Shown here piece after piece: positions 49,256 to 61,418 of a stretch of 64,000 nucleotides of DNA. A program made the position numbers and the translations under genes. Location of the stretch: positions 7,194 through 71,193 of the forward strand of contig CAYTPY010000002.1 of the NCBI GenBank assembly GCA_964439725.1. Reading direction: 5' to 3'. The notes under the pieces were generated by a model that did not search any database, was not told the DNA's origin, and was given only the letters and a program-made list of their open reading frames with translations. Position 1 is the stretch's first letter, and each line of letters starts with the position of its first letter. The DNA comes from an uncultured Erythrobacter sp. Lineage in GTDB: Bacteria; Pseudomonadota; Alphaproteobacteria; Sphingomonadales; Sphingomonadaceae.

Positions 49256-50197
49256 ATGGGCGACAAGGCACCGGAATGGCTGGCAACTGATGTGCAAGGG
49301 ATTGCTCGCGCCGCCGATCTACTACGATCGGGACGACTGGTCGCGGTGCCGACTGAAACGGTTTATGGCCTCGCCGCCCGAGCCGACAGCGAGCAGGCGG
49401 TGGCGGAAGTCTTCCGCGCCAAGAGGCGGCCCGATTTCAATCCGCTGATCGTCCATGTACCGTCACTGGCCGCGGGGCGCGAACTCGCCCGTTTCGATGC
49501 GAACGCCGAGCTCCTGGCCGAGCGCTTCTGGCCTGGCCCCCTCACACTGGTGCTTCCTTCCCAGCCGGGCAGTGGGATCGTGCCTGCGGTTACGGCCGGG
49601 TTGGCCACGATTGCGCTGCGCATGCCGGCGCATCCCGCCACTCTGGCCCTGCTAGAGCAAACAGGATTGCCGCTGGCGGCACCTTCCGCGAATCGCAGCG
49701 GGGGAGTCAGTCCGACCACGCCGCAGCACGTGGCTCAATCGTTGGGGCCGGCGGTGTCGGCCATCCTTGATGGTGGCCCGTGCGCCCGGGGCCTGGAATC
49801 CTCGATTGTCGCCTTGCGCGAGGACGGAAGCTGGCATCTGCTCCGTCAAGGGCCGATAACGGAAGAAGGGCTGGTGGCGCTGCTCGGGGCTCCCGCGCCT
49901 CTTTCGGATGCGCGGATCGAGGCTCCGGGACAACTCGCCCGCCATTACTCGCCCGGAAAACCGCTGCGTCTCGGCGTTTCGCAAGCCAGTGACGATGAGT
50001 TTCTTGTAGGGTTCGGCCTGGTCGAGGGTGACTGCTCGCTTTCGCAACGCGGCGATCTCGCCGAGGCCGCGGCGCGCCTCTATGCCTGCCTCCACGAAGC
50101 GGCCGCATCGGACAAGCCACGCATCGCAGTGGCGCCAGTGCCGCAAGATGGTATTGGCGCCGCTCTCAACGATCGCCTGCAGCGCGCTGCCGCCTAG
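49256..50197 (+). CDS. sua5: L-threonylcarbamoyladenylate synthase (Sua5/TsaC)
   Basis: VPTETVYGL, K.RP.FNPLIVH, FWPGPLT, AAPSANRSG, APGQL..HYSP, DRL.RAA. Confidence 0.95.
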   Translation: MGDKAPEWLATDVQGIARAADLLRSGRLVAVPTETVYGLAARADSEQAVAEVFRAKRRPDFNPLIVHVPSLAAGRELARFDANAELLAERFWPGPLTLVLPSQPGSGIVPAVTAGLATIALRMPAHPATLALLEQTGLPLAAPSANRSGGVSPTTPQHVAQSLGPAVSAILDGGPCARGLESSIVALREDGSWHLLRQGPITEEGLVALLGAPAPLSDARIEAPGQLARHYSPGKPLRLGVSQASDDEFLVGFGLVEGDCSLSQRGDLAEAAARLYACLHEAAASDKPRIAVAPVPQDGIGAALNDRLQRAAA

Positions 50198-50523
50198 TTC
50201 GGCTCTACCGGGATCGACGGCAGCAATACCTGCATCTCGGCATAAGTGGTACGGGCCTGTTCGCAGGCGCGGCGGTCGCCGTCAGTGCAGCGGGTTAGCT
50301 GACGATCGTAGTCCCGCTGTAGCCGCCCAAGCCGTTCCTCGCGCTGACGTATCTCGCGGCCGCGCTTCTGGTCGGCCTCTGACTGGCTGGTGGTCGCCAG
50401 GTCCACACCTTTGCTGGCAGCGCGAACCGGGAGTGTCGCTACGCCAATCGCCGTTTTGGCCAAGCACCCCTGCAACGCGAACGCTGCGGCGACGACGGCA
50501 ACCATTCGCACTGCATAAGGCAT
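50194..50523 (-). CDS. Small hypothetical lipoprotein
   Basis: Lipobox ALQGC, VD.ATTSQSEAD.KRGREIR, CX6C near the C-terminus. Confidence 0.7.
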   Translation of the reverse strand: MPYAVRMVAVVAAAFALQGCLAKTAIGVATLPVRAASKGVDLATTSQSEADQKRGREIRQREERLGRLQRDYDRQLTRCTDGDRRACEQARTTYAEMQVLLPSIPVEPN

Positions 50524-50617
50524 GGCCGTTCTCCTTAGGTGCGTTCTAGGTACGGCACGCTTGCAGGCGTGTGAACCCGACAGGGCGGATAGGCTCAGTC
50601 TTTACCTCCTGCGGACG

Positions 50618-50652
50618 AGAAAAGGGCCGCGCGGATCACTCCGGCGACCCCT
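50618..50652 (-). terminator. Terminator after carD
   Basis: Minus strand AAGGGTCGC-CGGA-GTGA-TCCG-C-GCGGCCCTTTT. Confidence 0.6.
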
Positions 50653-50671
50653 TGTCTCGCTTGGGTGCCGG

Positions 50672-51208
50672 TCAGGCGTCTTCGGTTGTGCTCTCGTAGT
50701 ACTGCGGCGCGTGGGTCTTCAGCACGTCGAGAATCTTGGCGAGCGCGGTCGGCTCGTCGGTTTTTTCCATCGCCGCCAGTTCGCGGGCCAACCGGCTCGA
50801 CGCCGCTTCGAAGATCTGGCGCTCGGAGTAGCTCTGCTCCGGCTGGTCTTCCGGACGAAACAGATCACGCGTCACCTCGGCGATCGACACCAGGTCGCCC
50901 GAGTTGATCTTCGCTTCGTATTCCTGGGCCCGGCGCGACCACATAGTACGCTTGACCTTGGGTTTGCCCTTCAGGGTCTCCATGGCTTCCTTGAGCGTCT
51001 TGTCGCTCGAAAGCTTGCGCATCCCAATGGCTTCGACTTTGTTCACAGGGACACGGAGCGTCATTCGTTCCTTCTCAAAGCGAAGCACGTAAAGTTCGAG
51101 CTTCATTCCGGCGATTTCTTCGCTCTGCAGCTCGACTACTCGGCCAACCCCATGCTTGGGGTACACGACGTAGTCGCCGACATCGAATGCGGGGGCATTC
51201 ACAGCCAT
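50672..51208 (-). CDS. carD: CarD/CdnL transcription factor
   Basis: F.VGDYVVYPKHGVG, MWSRRAQEYEAKINSGD, SYSERQIFE.A; RBS AAAGGA. Confidence 0.96.
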   Translation of the reverse strand: MAVNAPAFDVGDYVVYPKHGVGRVVELQSEEIAGMKLELYVLRFEKERMTLRVPVNKVEAIGMRKLSSDKTLKEAMETLKGKPKVKRTMWSRRAQEYEAKINSGDLVSIAEVTRDLFRPEDQPEQSYSERQIFEAASSRLARELAAMEKTDEPTALAKILDVLKTHAPQYYESTTEDA

Positions 51209-51469
51209 CTTGCTTACTTGTCCTTTCTTGGGGCAGGAATGGGAGTGCAAGACAGTACTATGGCCGCACGACCCGGCGCAGCCTGGCTTGCCTGCATTTG
51301 CATCTGGTTTGGCGGGGGCCTGCCTTCCTAATCCCGACCATCGCCCTAGCAGACGGGCGGAGCCAGGTATTATATAGCAGATTCGCAACAAAATTACCAC
51401 CCCTGCCCGTCATCGAGGCAAGGGCGGCCGTTTCTTTGTCGAGCGGCGGGCTCCGCGGGTGCGAAGCGC

Positions 51470-51808
51470 CTAGTCGCCTTCGCCAGGTTCGGCGGAGAAG
51501 TGTTGCTCGAACTTGCCTTCGACGCCCTTGAACGCATCGGCGTCGGCCGGCGGGTCCTTCTTCTGGGTGATGTTGGGCCATTCGGCCGAATAGCTCGCGT
51601 TGAGCTCGAGCCATTGCTCCAAGCCGCCTTCGGTGTCGGGCAGAATCGCCTCGGCCGGGCACTCGGGCTCGCACACGCCGCAGTCGATGCACTCGGAAGG
51701 ATTGATGACGAGCATGTTCTCGCCTTCATAGAAGCAATCCACGGGACAGACCTCGACGCAGTCGGTGTACTTGCACTTGATGCAGGCTTCGGTGACGACG
51801 TAGGTCAT
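51470..51808 (-). CDS. fdxA: 7Fe ferredoxin FdxA
   Basis: [29 protein letters not shown]...[12 protein letters not shown]. Confidence 0.97.
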   Translation of the reverse strand: MTYVVTEACIKCKYTDCVEVCPVDCFYEGENMLVINPSECIDCGVCEPECPAEAILPDTEGGLEQWLELNASYSAEWPNITQKKDPPADADAFKGVEGKFEQHFSAEPGEGD

Positions 51809-52134
51809 TTCTGCGCTTCCCCTTCTGCGTTTTCCGGATCGGGTCCCGGCGGCGCGTCGTGGCCCGCTATGCCGTTTGCCCTGCCAGCGTCAAGCGGGCG
51901 GTAACAGGCCTGAGCTTCGCTAGGGGGGCCGCGCCGCTCCGGCAAAGCAAGGATTTCTATCACCAGGACACGGTTGCGTAGCGGCAAGGTCAGGACATCG
52001 CCGACAGCGATCGGCAGGTCCTGACGCAGGACCCGCTCGGCATTACGGCGAATGTGGCCTTCTGCAATCCAGCGTTGCGCCAGCGTCCGGCTCTTGGCGA
52101 AGCGTAGCGCGTGGAGCAGCCGATCGATCCGCAT
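51805..52134 (-). CDS. S4-domain RNA-binding protein (Hsp15/HslR-like)
   Basis: MRIDRLL..LRF.KSR.LAQ, P.RRGPP.EA. Confidence 0.9.
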   Translation of the reverse strand: MRIDRLLHALRFAKSRTLAQRWIAEGHIRRNAERVLRQDLPIAVGDVLTLPLRNRVLVIEILALPERRGPPSEAQACYRPLDAGRANGIAGHDAPPGPDPENAEGEAQK

Positions 52135-52145
52135 GCAACGTGGGG

Positions 52146-54665
52146 CTAGCGCACCAGGTCTGCCAGGGCCGCGAAGGCGCCGCCCTCGCGAACCGGGGCC
52201 GGCCGCTTCTCAGGCACCCGATCCTTGCGCGGCGCGCGCCAGCTCCAGAGGGTTGGGGCGGGTGGACCGAACGCCCCTTCTGGGAGCGGCCGCGTCTCGC
52301 CGGCACGAAAACCGGCGTCGCGCATCAGCAGGCGAAAGTTTTCGGGAGCAAGGCCCATCGAGGTGGCAAGTGCCGGATCCACCCGGAACAAGCGGTTGCC
52401 GGCGGCGGCGCGTTGCTCATGTGCCGCCCGGAACAGCTTTTCGGCCATGTCAATCCGGATGGCCTGCCCCCCCGCGCGGCGATAACCGGCCGGGAGCCGC
52501 CCCTTTTTGGCCGCCGCACCTGCGGTGATGACGGGTTCCATGGCCTCCTGAACCGGGCGCCGATCGGCACCGATCGCCTGGAGAAGCCGCCGAGCTCCCG
52601 GCTTGAGCAGCGCCGCTACGAACACGTCGAGAGCGCCGATGGTGACGCCGAGTCGTCGGAGCAAGGGGCGCTTGTCTTTCGGCACGTGCGCCAGACCCGC
52701 CTCCTCACGGGCAATCGTCCCGTTGGAGTCGGCCAGAGTGAGCAGAAGGGCCCGCACTTCGCTGCCCGCCTCCGGCGACAGCGCTGCCGCCTCGATCTCA
52801 CGAAGCGGAGCGAGCGGCGTGAGCTGACCTTCGAGCCATAAATCCAAGGCTTCTGTCAGCCGCGACCGCTGCACCGGCTCGAGCACGCTCAGTTCCTTGC
52901 CCAACACCAGGCGGGGGCAGCTTGCGGTCTTGCCGCGCTCGAGGCGGGCTATCACCCTGCCTTCGCGCCGCACTTCGCCGCGCGTAATGCTGAGTTCCCC
53001 CAGCTCGTCCCTGACCAGTGCCTCGGCCTTGAAGGCCAACAGCTTTGGCAGGTGCTTCTCGGCGGCTGCGAGCATCAGTCTGCGGTCTTCGTGACTGGCA
53101 TCGGCATCGACGACGAAGCGGAATCCTTCGAGGTGCCCGATCGGCTCATCCTCGACCAAGACCCGTCCGGCATCGTCGAGTGTCACGCGCAGCAGTCCGG
53201 CGTCTTTGCCCAAAGTCTTCATCAGGATCGTCGTCCTCCGGTTGACGAAGCGCTCGGTCAGCCGCTGGTGCAGCGCGTCCGAAAGCCGCCGCTCCGCGTC
53301 TCGGGCCCGCGCGCCCATCTCATCGCGCGCCAGCACCCAGTCGGGACGCTGGCAGATGTAAGCCCAGCTGCGGATCGCCGCGATCCGGCCCTGCAGCGTG
53401 TCGATATCGCCCTCGGTCCGCCCCAGCTCGGCCACTCGCGCCGCTACATAGTCGGCTCCGAGGTATCCGTCGCGCAAATCTTCCCATAGCCGCGCCACGA
53501 AGCGCGCGTGGGTGTCGGGCCCTTGCTGGCGGAAGTCGGGAAGCTGGCAAACCTCCCAGAAACGCTGCACCTGGCGCGGCGTCTTGACGCCGGCGGCGAT
53601 TGCCGGCTCTTCGCTCAGCCGCCGCAATACCGCCAGGTCGATGGCTTCCGGGGCCGGCGCCAGTTCCGGCACGTCGGGTTTGGCTTCGAGATCGGCGAGC
53701 AGGGCCCGCAGGCTACTGAATCGCGGCTCGGCCTCGCGCCAGAACAGCCGGGTCAGCGGCGCAAAGCGATGCTGCTCGATGGCGTAGATCTCGTCATCTG
53801 TGAAGTTCAGCGCGTCATTGTCGCGGGCGGAGAGGGTGCCGAACGTACCATCCTGCTGGTGCCGCCCGGCGCGTCCGGCGATCTGCGCCATCTCGGCCGG
53901 CGTCAGCCTGCGCTGCCGCACCCCGTCGAATTTCGAGAGCGAGGCAAAGGCCACGTGCGTGACGTCAAGGTTCACGCCCATTCCGATCGCATCGGTCGCG
54001 ACGATGTAGTCGACCTCGCCCGACTGGAACAGCTGGACCTGACGATTGCGAGTTTCCGGGCTCAATCCGCCCATCACGACCGCGGCGCCGCCGCGAAAGC
54101 GGCGCAGCATCTCGGCCACCGCGTAGACCTGCTCGACTGAAAAAGCGACGACGGCGGAGCGGGGCGGCAGGCGCGACAGCTTCTTGGCGCCAGCATAGCT
54201 CAAGGTGGAGAAACGCGGCCGATCCTCGACGACCGTCTTGGGCAAGAGCGCTTTGACGATCGGTTCGATCGTTGCCGAGCCGAGCAGCATGGTCTCCTCG
54301 CGGCCTCGCGCATTGAGGAGGCGGTCGGTGAAGATGTGCCCGCGCTCACGGTCGGCGGCGAGTTGCACTTCGTCCAATGCCACGAAGGCGAGCCCGCCCC
54401 CGTCCCGCGGCATGGCTTCGGCAGTGCAGAGGTAGTAGCGGGCCCCTTCCGGCTCGATCCGCTCTTCGCCGGTAATTAGCGCGACCTGATTGTCCCCCTT
54501 GATGGCCCGCACCCGGTCGTACACCTCGCGGGCCAGCAGGCGCAGGGGAAAGCCGATGGCGCCGCTCGAATGGCCGCACAGCCGCTCGATGGCGAGGTGA
54601 GTCTTGCCGGTGTTGGTCGGGCCGAGCACGGCCCGCAGCCGGCTGTCAGAGCGGGGGGTGATCAC
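52146..54665 (-). CDS. SF2 helicase (Suv3/MgpS-like)
   Basis: LGPTNTGKT, PLRLLAREV, LDEVQ, ATDAIGMG.N, QIAGRAGR; conserved helicase-S4-fdxA-carD order. Confidence 0.92.
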   Translation of the reverse strand: MITPRSDSRLRAVLGPTNTGKTHLAIERLCGHSSGAIGFPLRLLAREVYDRVRAIKGDNQVALITGEERIEPEGARYYLCTAEAMPRDGGGLAFVALDEVQLAADRERGHIFTDRLLNARGREETMLLGSATIEPIVKALLPKTVVEDRPRFSTLSYAGAKKLSRLPPRSAVVAFSVEQVYAVAEMLRRFRGGAAVVMGGLSPETRNRQVQLFQSGEVDYIVATDAIGMGVNLDVTHVAFASLSKFDGVRQRRLTPAEMAQIAGRAGRHQQDGTFGTLSARDNDALNFTDDEIYAIEQHRFAPLTRLFWREAEPRFSSLRALLADLEAKPDVPELAPAPEAIDLAVLRRLSEEPAIAAGVKTPRQVQRFWEVCQLPDFRQQGPDTHARFVARLWEDLRDGYLGADYVAARVAELGRTEGDIDTLQGRIAAIRSWAYICQRPDWVLARDEMGARARDAERRLSDALHQRLTERFVNRRTTILMKTLGKDAGLLRVTLDDAGRVLVEDEPIGHLEGFRFVVDADASHEDRRLMLAAAEKHLPKLLAFKAEALVRDELGELSITRGEVRREGRVIARLERGKTASCPRLVLGKELSVLEPVQRSRLTEALDLWLEGQLTPLAPLREIEAAALSPEAGSEVRALLLTLADSNGTIAREEAGLAHVPKDKRPLLRRLGVTIGALDVFVAALLKPGARRLLQAIGADRRPVQEAMEPVITAGAAAKKGRLPAGYRRAGGQAIRIDMAEKLFRAAHEQRAAAGNRLFRVDPALATSMGLAPENFRLLMRDAGFRAGETRPLPEGAFGPPAPTLWSWRAPRKDRVPEKRPAPVREGGAFAALADLVR

Positions 54666-54765
54666 GATGCTGACAGTGTGGGGTCATGGCGCCGTCAGCG
54701 CAAGCGCAGCCGCCGTTCCCGGCCCGAGCCACGTTTCGCCGCAGCAAGGACTCCATTTGCCTCAG

Positions 54766-54781
54766 TTAGTGGGAAATTAAC
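54766..54781 (+). promoter_or_regulatory. CtrA-like box
   Basis: TTAG-TGGGAAA-TTAAC, one mismatch to TTAA-N7-TTAAC, about 100 bp upstream of the M23 peptidase. Confidence 0.45.
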
Positions 54782-54881
54782 TTTGTGATGCGAAAGGCTT
54801 TTGCCACTAAGCGGCCGGGATCGGGCTGCGCCTTCTTCGCCTCGGATCGGCAGGAAGTGCGCCCCGCACTGGAGGGTGCGT

Positions 54882-56426
54882 TTGTTCAAAGACATCGGGA
54901 TCGACGCCGGGGTAGAGCCCGCCGCGCAGCGTGCGGCGGCTATCGCTGCTCGCGCGCCTTCCTGGCGTGAGCGGGCAGCGGCGCGGCTCGCCTCGCTCGA
55001 CCTCGTGGCTGATTTGGGCCAGGATATCGGCTCACGCCGTTGGGTGCGCGGGGCGGGGACGCTGCTGGGGCTGTCGGCGATAGCGCTTGCCGGATGGCCG
55101 GGCTTCACTGCCGTCGAAGCTGCGCCGCTGATGGTGATCGACGATCCGGTCCGCGACGAATTCCGTAGCCAGATGATCATGCCGCTGGCGCTCGGCAGCG
55201 ACAGCGGCCGCCGCATGGGCGCAACGGCGGCAGTCGTTCCGCTCGCCACCGCGCCGGAGCGGCCGCGTCTGGACCTCGAAGCGACGCTCGCGCCCGGCGA
55301 TGGGTTCGATCGCATGCTGCAGCGCGCGGGAGTCGGTGCCGCCGAAGCCGATATGGTCGCCTCGCTCGTGGCCAATGAGGTTCCGCTGGCCGACATAGCT
55401 GCGGGCACCAAGTTCGACATTGCCCTCGGTCGCCGACCTGCACCCGACGCGAACCGCCCACTCGAGGCGCTGTCGTTCCGCGCCCGCTTCGACCTGCAGC
55501 TTGCGGTGGCGCGTGACGCGTCTGGACGGCTCGTACTCGATCCGCGGCCGATCAAGGTCGATACCACGCCGCTGCGCGTGCGCGGTGTCGTCGGTCCGAG
55601 CCTCTACCGTTCGGCACGCGCTGCGGGGGCTCCCGCCAGTGCGGTCCAGCAGTACTTGCGCACCCTGAGCGCGGAGGTCGATTTCGACCGCGGCATCTCC
55701 AGCAACGACGAATTCGACCTGATCGTCGAGTACAAGCGCGCCGCAACCGGCGAGGTCGAGGCCGGGAACTTGATCTACGCCGCGATCCTGCGCGACGGAA
55801 AGCCGCGCAAGCAGATGCTGCGCTGGGGCAAGGACGGTCAGTTTTACGAGGCCTCCGGCGTCGCCGAGCAGCGCGCCGGCCTGATCGCGCCGGTGTCGGG
55901 CCGCGTCTCGTCGAACTACGGCATGCGCCGGCACCCGATCCTCGGCTATCGCCGCATGCATTCGGGCCTCGATTTCAAAGCCAGCTACGGCACGCCGATC
56001 TATGCGGTCAGCGACGGCACGGTCCAGTTTGCAGGCCGCAACGGCGGGCATGGCAACTACGTGCGCATTTCGCACGGTGGCGGCTTGGCGACCGGCTATT
56101 CGCACATGAGCCGGATTGCGGTGTCGAACGGCTCGCGGGTCCGGCGCGGCCAGGTCATCGGCTATGTCGGTTCAACTGGCCTCTCTACCGGTCCGCACCT
56201 CCATTACGAGATGTACCGCAATGGCCAGGCGGTGAACCCGTCGAGCGTCAAGTTCGTGACTCGCGCCCAGCTCACCGGCCGCGAGCTGACCGGCTTCCGG
56301 GCGCGGCTTGCCGAGCTGCAGCGCGTGGCACCCGGCGCGGCCTTGGCCAGTTTGGCTCCTGATCCCACGGTTCGCGGCGAACCGGTTCGCGAGATCGACC
56401 GGCTCGACGCCAAGCGCATCGGTTAA
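54882..56426 (+). CDS. M23 family metallopeptidase (MepM-like)
   Basis: SS.YG.R.HPILG..RMHSGLD, YSHMS, GSTGLSTGPHLHYE; TTG start inferred. Confidence 0.92.
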   Translation: MFKDIGIDAGVEPAAQRAAAIAARAPSWRERAAARLASLDLVADLGQDIGSRRWVRGAGTLLGLSAIALAGWPGFTAVEAAPLMVIDDPVRDEFRSQMIMPLALGSDSGRRMGATAAVVPLATAPERPRLDLEATLAPGDGFDRMLQRAGVGAAEADMVASLVANEVPLADIAAGTKFDIALGRRPAPDANRPLEALSFRARFDLQLAVARDASGRLVLDPRPIKVDTTPLRVRGVVGPSLYRSARAAGAPASAVQQYLRTLSAEVDFDRGISSNDEFDLIVEYKRAATGEVEAGNLIYAAILRDGKPRKQMLRWGKDGQFYEASGVAEQRAGLIAPVSGRVSSNYGMRRHPILGYRRMHSGLDFKASYGTPIYAVSDGTVQFAGRNGGHGNYVRISHGGGLATGYSHMSRIAVSNGSRVRRGQVIGYVGSTGLSTGPHLHYEMYRNGQAVNPSSVKFVTRAQLTGRELTGFRARLAELQRVAPGAALASLAPDPTVRGEPVREIDRLDAKRIG

Positions 56427-56457
56427 GCCCCAGCGGTCCATCTCAAGGGGGGCGTGA

Positions 56458-58044
<1,587 letters not shown>

Positions 58045-58048
<4 letters not shown>

Positions 58049-60246
58049 GCGGCGCGGCGCGTGCCCCTCGCCGGTGGCTGTTTGCCGCCACGATCCTTAC
58101 CGGCAGTTTCCTGTTGTTCCTGGTGCAGCCGATGGCGGCGCGCATGGCTCTGCCGCGGCTGGGCGGGGCGCCGAATGTCTGGAACAGCGCGATGCTGGTC
58201 TACCAGGCCCTGCTGCTCGGCGGTTATGCTTACGCCCACGCGCTATCGCGCCTGCCGATCGGCCGGCAGGCGGCGATCCACCTGACCCTGCTGGCCGCCG
58301 CCGCGCTGACCCTGCCGATCGCGATGCCGGAGCTCGCCCCTTTCCCGCCGGGACAGGAGGCGTTCCGGGTGCCGTGGCTGTTCGTGCTGACCGTGGGCCC
58401 GCTGTTCTTCGTGGTCTCGGCGCAAGCTCCGCTGATGCAGCGCTGGTTCGCCGCGAATCCGCACGCAGGCGATCCCTATCCGCTCTATGCGGCGTCCAAT
58501 CTCGGCAGCTTCGCAGGGCTTCTCGCCTACCCTCTGGTCGCGGAGCCGCTGCTTCCGCTGACGGCGCAAAGCGGCGCCTGGGCGGCGGGATACGGCTTGC
58601 TGATCGGGCTGGTGGCGCTGACCGCGCTGGCGCGCCGCGGCGCCGGGCGCAGCGCAGCCGCGCCGGTCGATGTGTCGCCGGCGCCCCCTCCCGGGTGGCG
58701 GCGCACCCTGCTGTGGCTAGCGCTGTCGGCCGTCCCTTCCGGCCTCATGCTGTCGACGACGACGCACCTCACCACCGACATCTTCGCGGTGCCGATGCTG
58801 TGGGTCATTCCGCTCGGGCTCTACCTGCTGTCGTACTCGATCGCCTTTGCGGCGCGCAGCCGCCTCGCAGCGACCATATCGCTATTCGCCCCGATCATCC
58901 TGTGCATCGACGGAGCCGTGGCGATGATGGCGGCGGAAAGGCCCGGCATGCTCGCCGCCGCGGCCAGCCTGATCCTCTTGTTCGTCGTCGCCGTCGCTCT
59001 CCATTTCCGCCTCTACGAGACCCGGCCCGAGCCGGCGCGGCTGACCCAGTTCTACCTCGTCATCTCGGCCGGGGGCGCCCTCGGCGGCCTTTTCACCGCG
59101 CTGATCGCCCCGCTGGTGTTCGACTGGACCTGGGAGCATCCCTTGCTGATCCTGGCGGCCGCGGCTCTCGTTCCGCTTCGCTATTGGTCCAAGTGGCTGG
59201 CCGGCCTCTTGCCGGACACGAGCCTGCGGCAGATCATCCTGGCGTTCCTTCTGCTTGTCGTGGCGATCGCCGCTGGCCTGTTGCGGAGCGGGCCCCGTTT
59301 CGAGGCGTGGGGCGGGGTGGACTTGCTGATCTTCGCAGTTCTTTTGGTATTGATCGTATTCGTCACCACCGCGCGCTGGGTCTACGTGCCCGCCTGCGCC
59401 GTGCTGATCGCGGCCGCTGGAGGCGTGGATCAGGCGCGGCTGACACTCGAAGACGTGCGCAGCCGAAGCTACTTCGGGATCTACACCGTAAACGACTTGC
59501 CCGAAGGACCCCGGCAACTGCTGCACGGCACCACGCTCCACGGCATTCAGCACCGCGTCGACGGCGTGCCGAGCCTAGCGCCGACGACCTATTACGGCCC
59601 CGATTCGGGTGCGGGCCTGGCGCTGCAGTCGGCCGAACGCCTGTTCGGTCCGCAAGCGAGCGTCGGGATTGTCGGCCTGGGAGTGGGGACGCTGGCTTGC
59701 TACAGGCGTCCCGGACAGAGCTGGACGTTTTACGAGATCGATCCGGAAATCCTCGAATATTCGCAGCAGGGCGTGTTCACGTTCGTTCAGCAATGCGCGC
59801 CTGACGCTTCCATCGTCATCGGCGATGCGCGGCTCAAGCTGGCGGAGGCGGCGCCGGGCAGTTTCGACCTGCTGCTGATCGATGCGTTCTCGTCGGATGC
59901 GATCCCGCTGCATCTGCTCACCGAAGAGGCTCTCGACGTCTATTTCCGGGCTCTTGGCCCCGAAGGCATTCTGGTCATGCATATCTCCAACCGGTTCATC
60001 GACCTGGAGCCGGTGATCGCCGCGATCGCCGAGCACCAAGGCTACGCCGCGGCCGTGAGGCGGGACCGTACCCGGCAGGGATCGCTCAGCACGTCGGACT
60101 GGGTCGCGCTCGCGCGATCGCCGGACCGGCTGGCGCAACTCACCGGCGAGTCCGGCTGGAACGATCTGCGGCCCGCCACTCAATCTCCGTGGCGGGACGA
60201 CTATGCGTCCATCCTGCCGCATATTCGCTGGAGCAGCCTGTTTTGA
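58045..60246 (+). CDS. Multi-TM membrane protein fused to a spermidine-synthase-like SAM-binding domain
   Basis: SFLLFLVQPM, PY.LYA.SN.GS, many TM helices; RSYFG, HGTT.HG.Q, GLGVGTLA.Y, YEIDP, GDAR, DAFSSDAIP.HLLT, W.DDY. Confidence 0.88.
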
Positions 60247-60256
60247 GGACGACGAC

Positions 60257-60820
60257 ATGAACTATCCTGGCGCAACGATCCTGCCGTTCGAAGGCAAGCA
60301 TCCGCAAATCCACGAGACCGCCTTCGTCGCGCCGGGCGCGCGGATCATCGGGGACGTGACGATCGGGCCCGAAGCGAGCGTCTGGTACAACTGCGTCCTG
60401 CGCGGCGACATTCACCGGATCGAGATCGGTGCCCGTTCCAACGTCCAGGACGGCAGCGTCTTTCATGTCGAAGGCCCGCGTCCCGATACCGACGGCTCCC
60501 CGACCGTCGTCGGCGAGGATTGCGTGATCGGGCACATGGCCGTGGTGCATGGCGCCACCCTGGAAGACCGCGCTTTCGTCGGGATGGGCGCGGTGGCGAT
60601 GGACGATTGCCGGATCGGCGAAGGGGCGATGCTCGCGGCGGGCGCCTTGCTCAGCCCCGGCAAGAGCATTCCGCCACGCGAGATCTGGGTCGGGCGCCCA
60701 GCCAAGTTCTTCCGAACCCAGGATGAGGCTCAGGTCGATAAGATCCGTTTCCAGACCGCGCGCTATTGCGAGCTGGCGCGGCGGCACCTGGCGGCGCTGC
60801 GTGGCGAAGCCCAGGCCTGA
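60257..60820 (+). CDS. Gamma-class carbonic anhydrase-like protein (YrdA family)
   Basis: Hexapeptide repeats, LRGD, NVQDGSVFH, IGH.AVVHG (three His ligands). Confidence 0.92.
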   Translation: MNYPGATILPFEGKHPQIHETAFVAPGARIIGDVTIGPEASVWYNCVLRGDIHRIEIGARSNVQDGSVFHVEGPRPDTDGSPTVVGEDCVIGHMAVVHGATLEDRAFVGMGAVAMDDCRIGEGAMLAAGALLSPGKSIPPREIWVGRPAKFFRTQDEAQVDKIRFQTARYCELARRHLAALRGEAQA

Positions 60821-61085
60821 GCTGCCGCCGGCGGCGGCGATCCGCGCGCTAGCCGATTCGGACCGGCGGCTTGCGGTGCGCGTGACGCCCGGCGCCCGCG
60901 CCGAAGGTGTCGAAATCGAGAGTGGCCGCGTCATCATCAAGGTGCGCGCCAAGCCGCAGGACGGCGCCGCCAACGCTGCGGTCCTGACCCTGCTTGCCAA
61001 GGCGCTGGGCTCCGCCCCCTCGCGGCTGGCCTTGTTGCGCGGCGCGACTTCGCGCGAGAAGCTGATCCGGATCGATCAGGACTGA
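60801..61085 (+). CDS. DUF167 (YggU-like) protein
   Basis: LAVRVTPGA, V.A.P.DG.AN.AV..LLA, L.RG.TSR.K; GTG start at 60801. Confidence 0.85.
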   Translation: MAKPRPELPPAAAIRALADSDRRLAVRVTPGARAEGVEIESGRVIIKVRAKPQDGAANAAVLTLLAKALGSAPSRLALLRGATSREKLIRIDQD

Positions 61086-61140
61086 CCCTACAGCAGCTTG
61101 ACACACTTATGCTGCATGCTCACATCGGTATGATGATGTT

Positions 61141-61150
61141 TGATATATCA
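61141..61150. promoter_or_regulatory. Palindromic operator candidate upstream of the XRE regulator
   Basis: Perfect palindrome TGATATATCA in an AT-rich tract, with TGATG/CATC motifs nearby; TTGACA at 61098-61103. Confidence 0.45.
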
Positions 61151-61158
61151 CTCATGCT

Positions 61159-61416
61159 ATGATCACCGCGCAGCAGATGCGCGCGGCGCGCGCCTTGACA
61201 GGCATCGATCAGCGGCAACTGGCCGAGCTCGCCGGGGTCTCGGTGCCGACTATCCAGCGGATGGAAGCGTCCCACGGACAAGTTCGCGGCGTGGTCGACA
61301 CTTTGGTCAAAGTGATCGCCGCGCTCGAAGATCAGGGCGTCGAACTGATCGGCGAAAATGCGCCGAGTACCGGCACCGGCCGCGGCGTCCGGCTGCGCGA
61401 GTCGCGGGAGGGCTAG
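61159..61416 (+). CDS. XRE-family helix-turn-helix regulator
   Basis: MITAQQMRAARAL.GIDQ..LAELAGVS.PTIQRME...GVELI...GRGVRL. Confidence 0.92.
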   Translation: MITAQQMRAARALTGIDQRQLAELAGVSVPTIQRMEASHGQVRGVVDTLVKVIAALEDQGVELIGENAPSTGTGRGVRLRESREG

Positions 61417-61418
61417 CC

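Noticed and set aside
45506-51289. 13-mer GCAGCCTGGCTTG present after parB and in the carD leader
   Set aside because: Only two copies with no flanking similarity; compatible with chance
61140-61151. FNR/FixK box
   Set aside because: Spacing is TTGAT-N2-ATCAC, not TTGAT-N4-ATCAA
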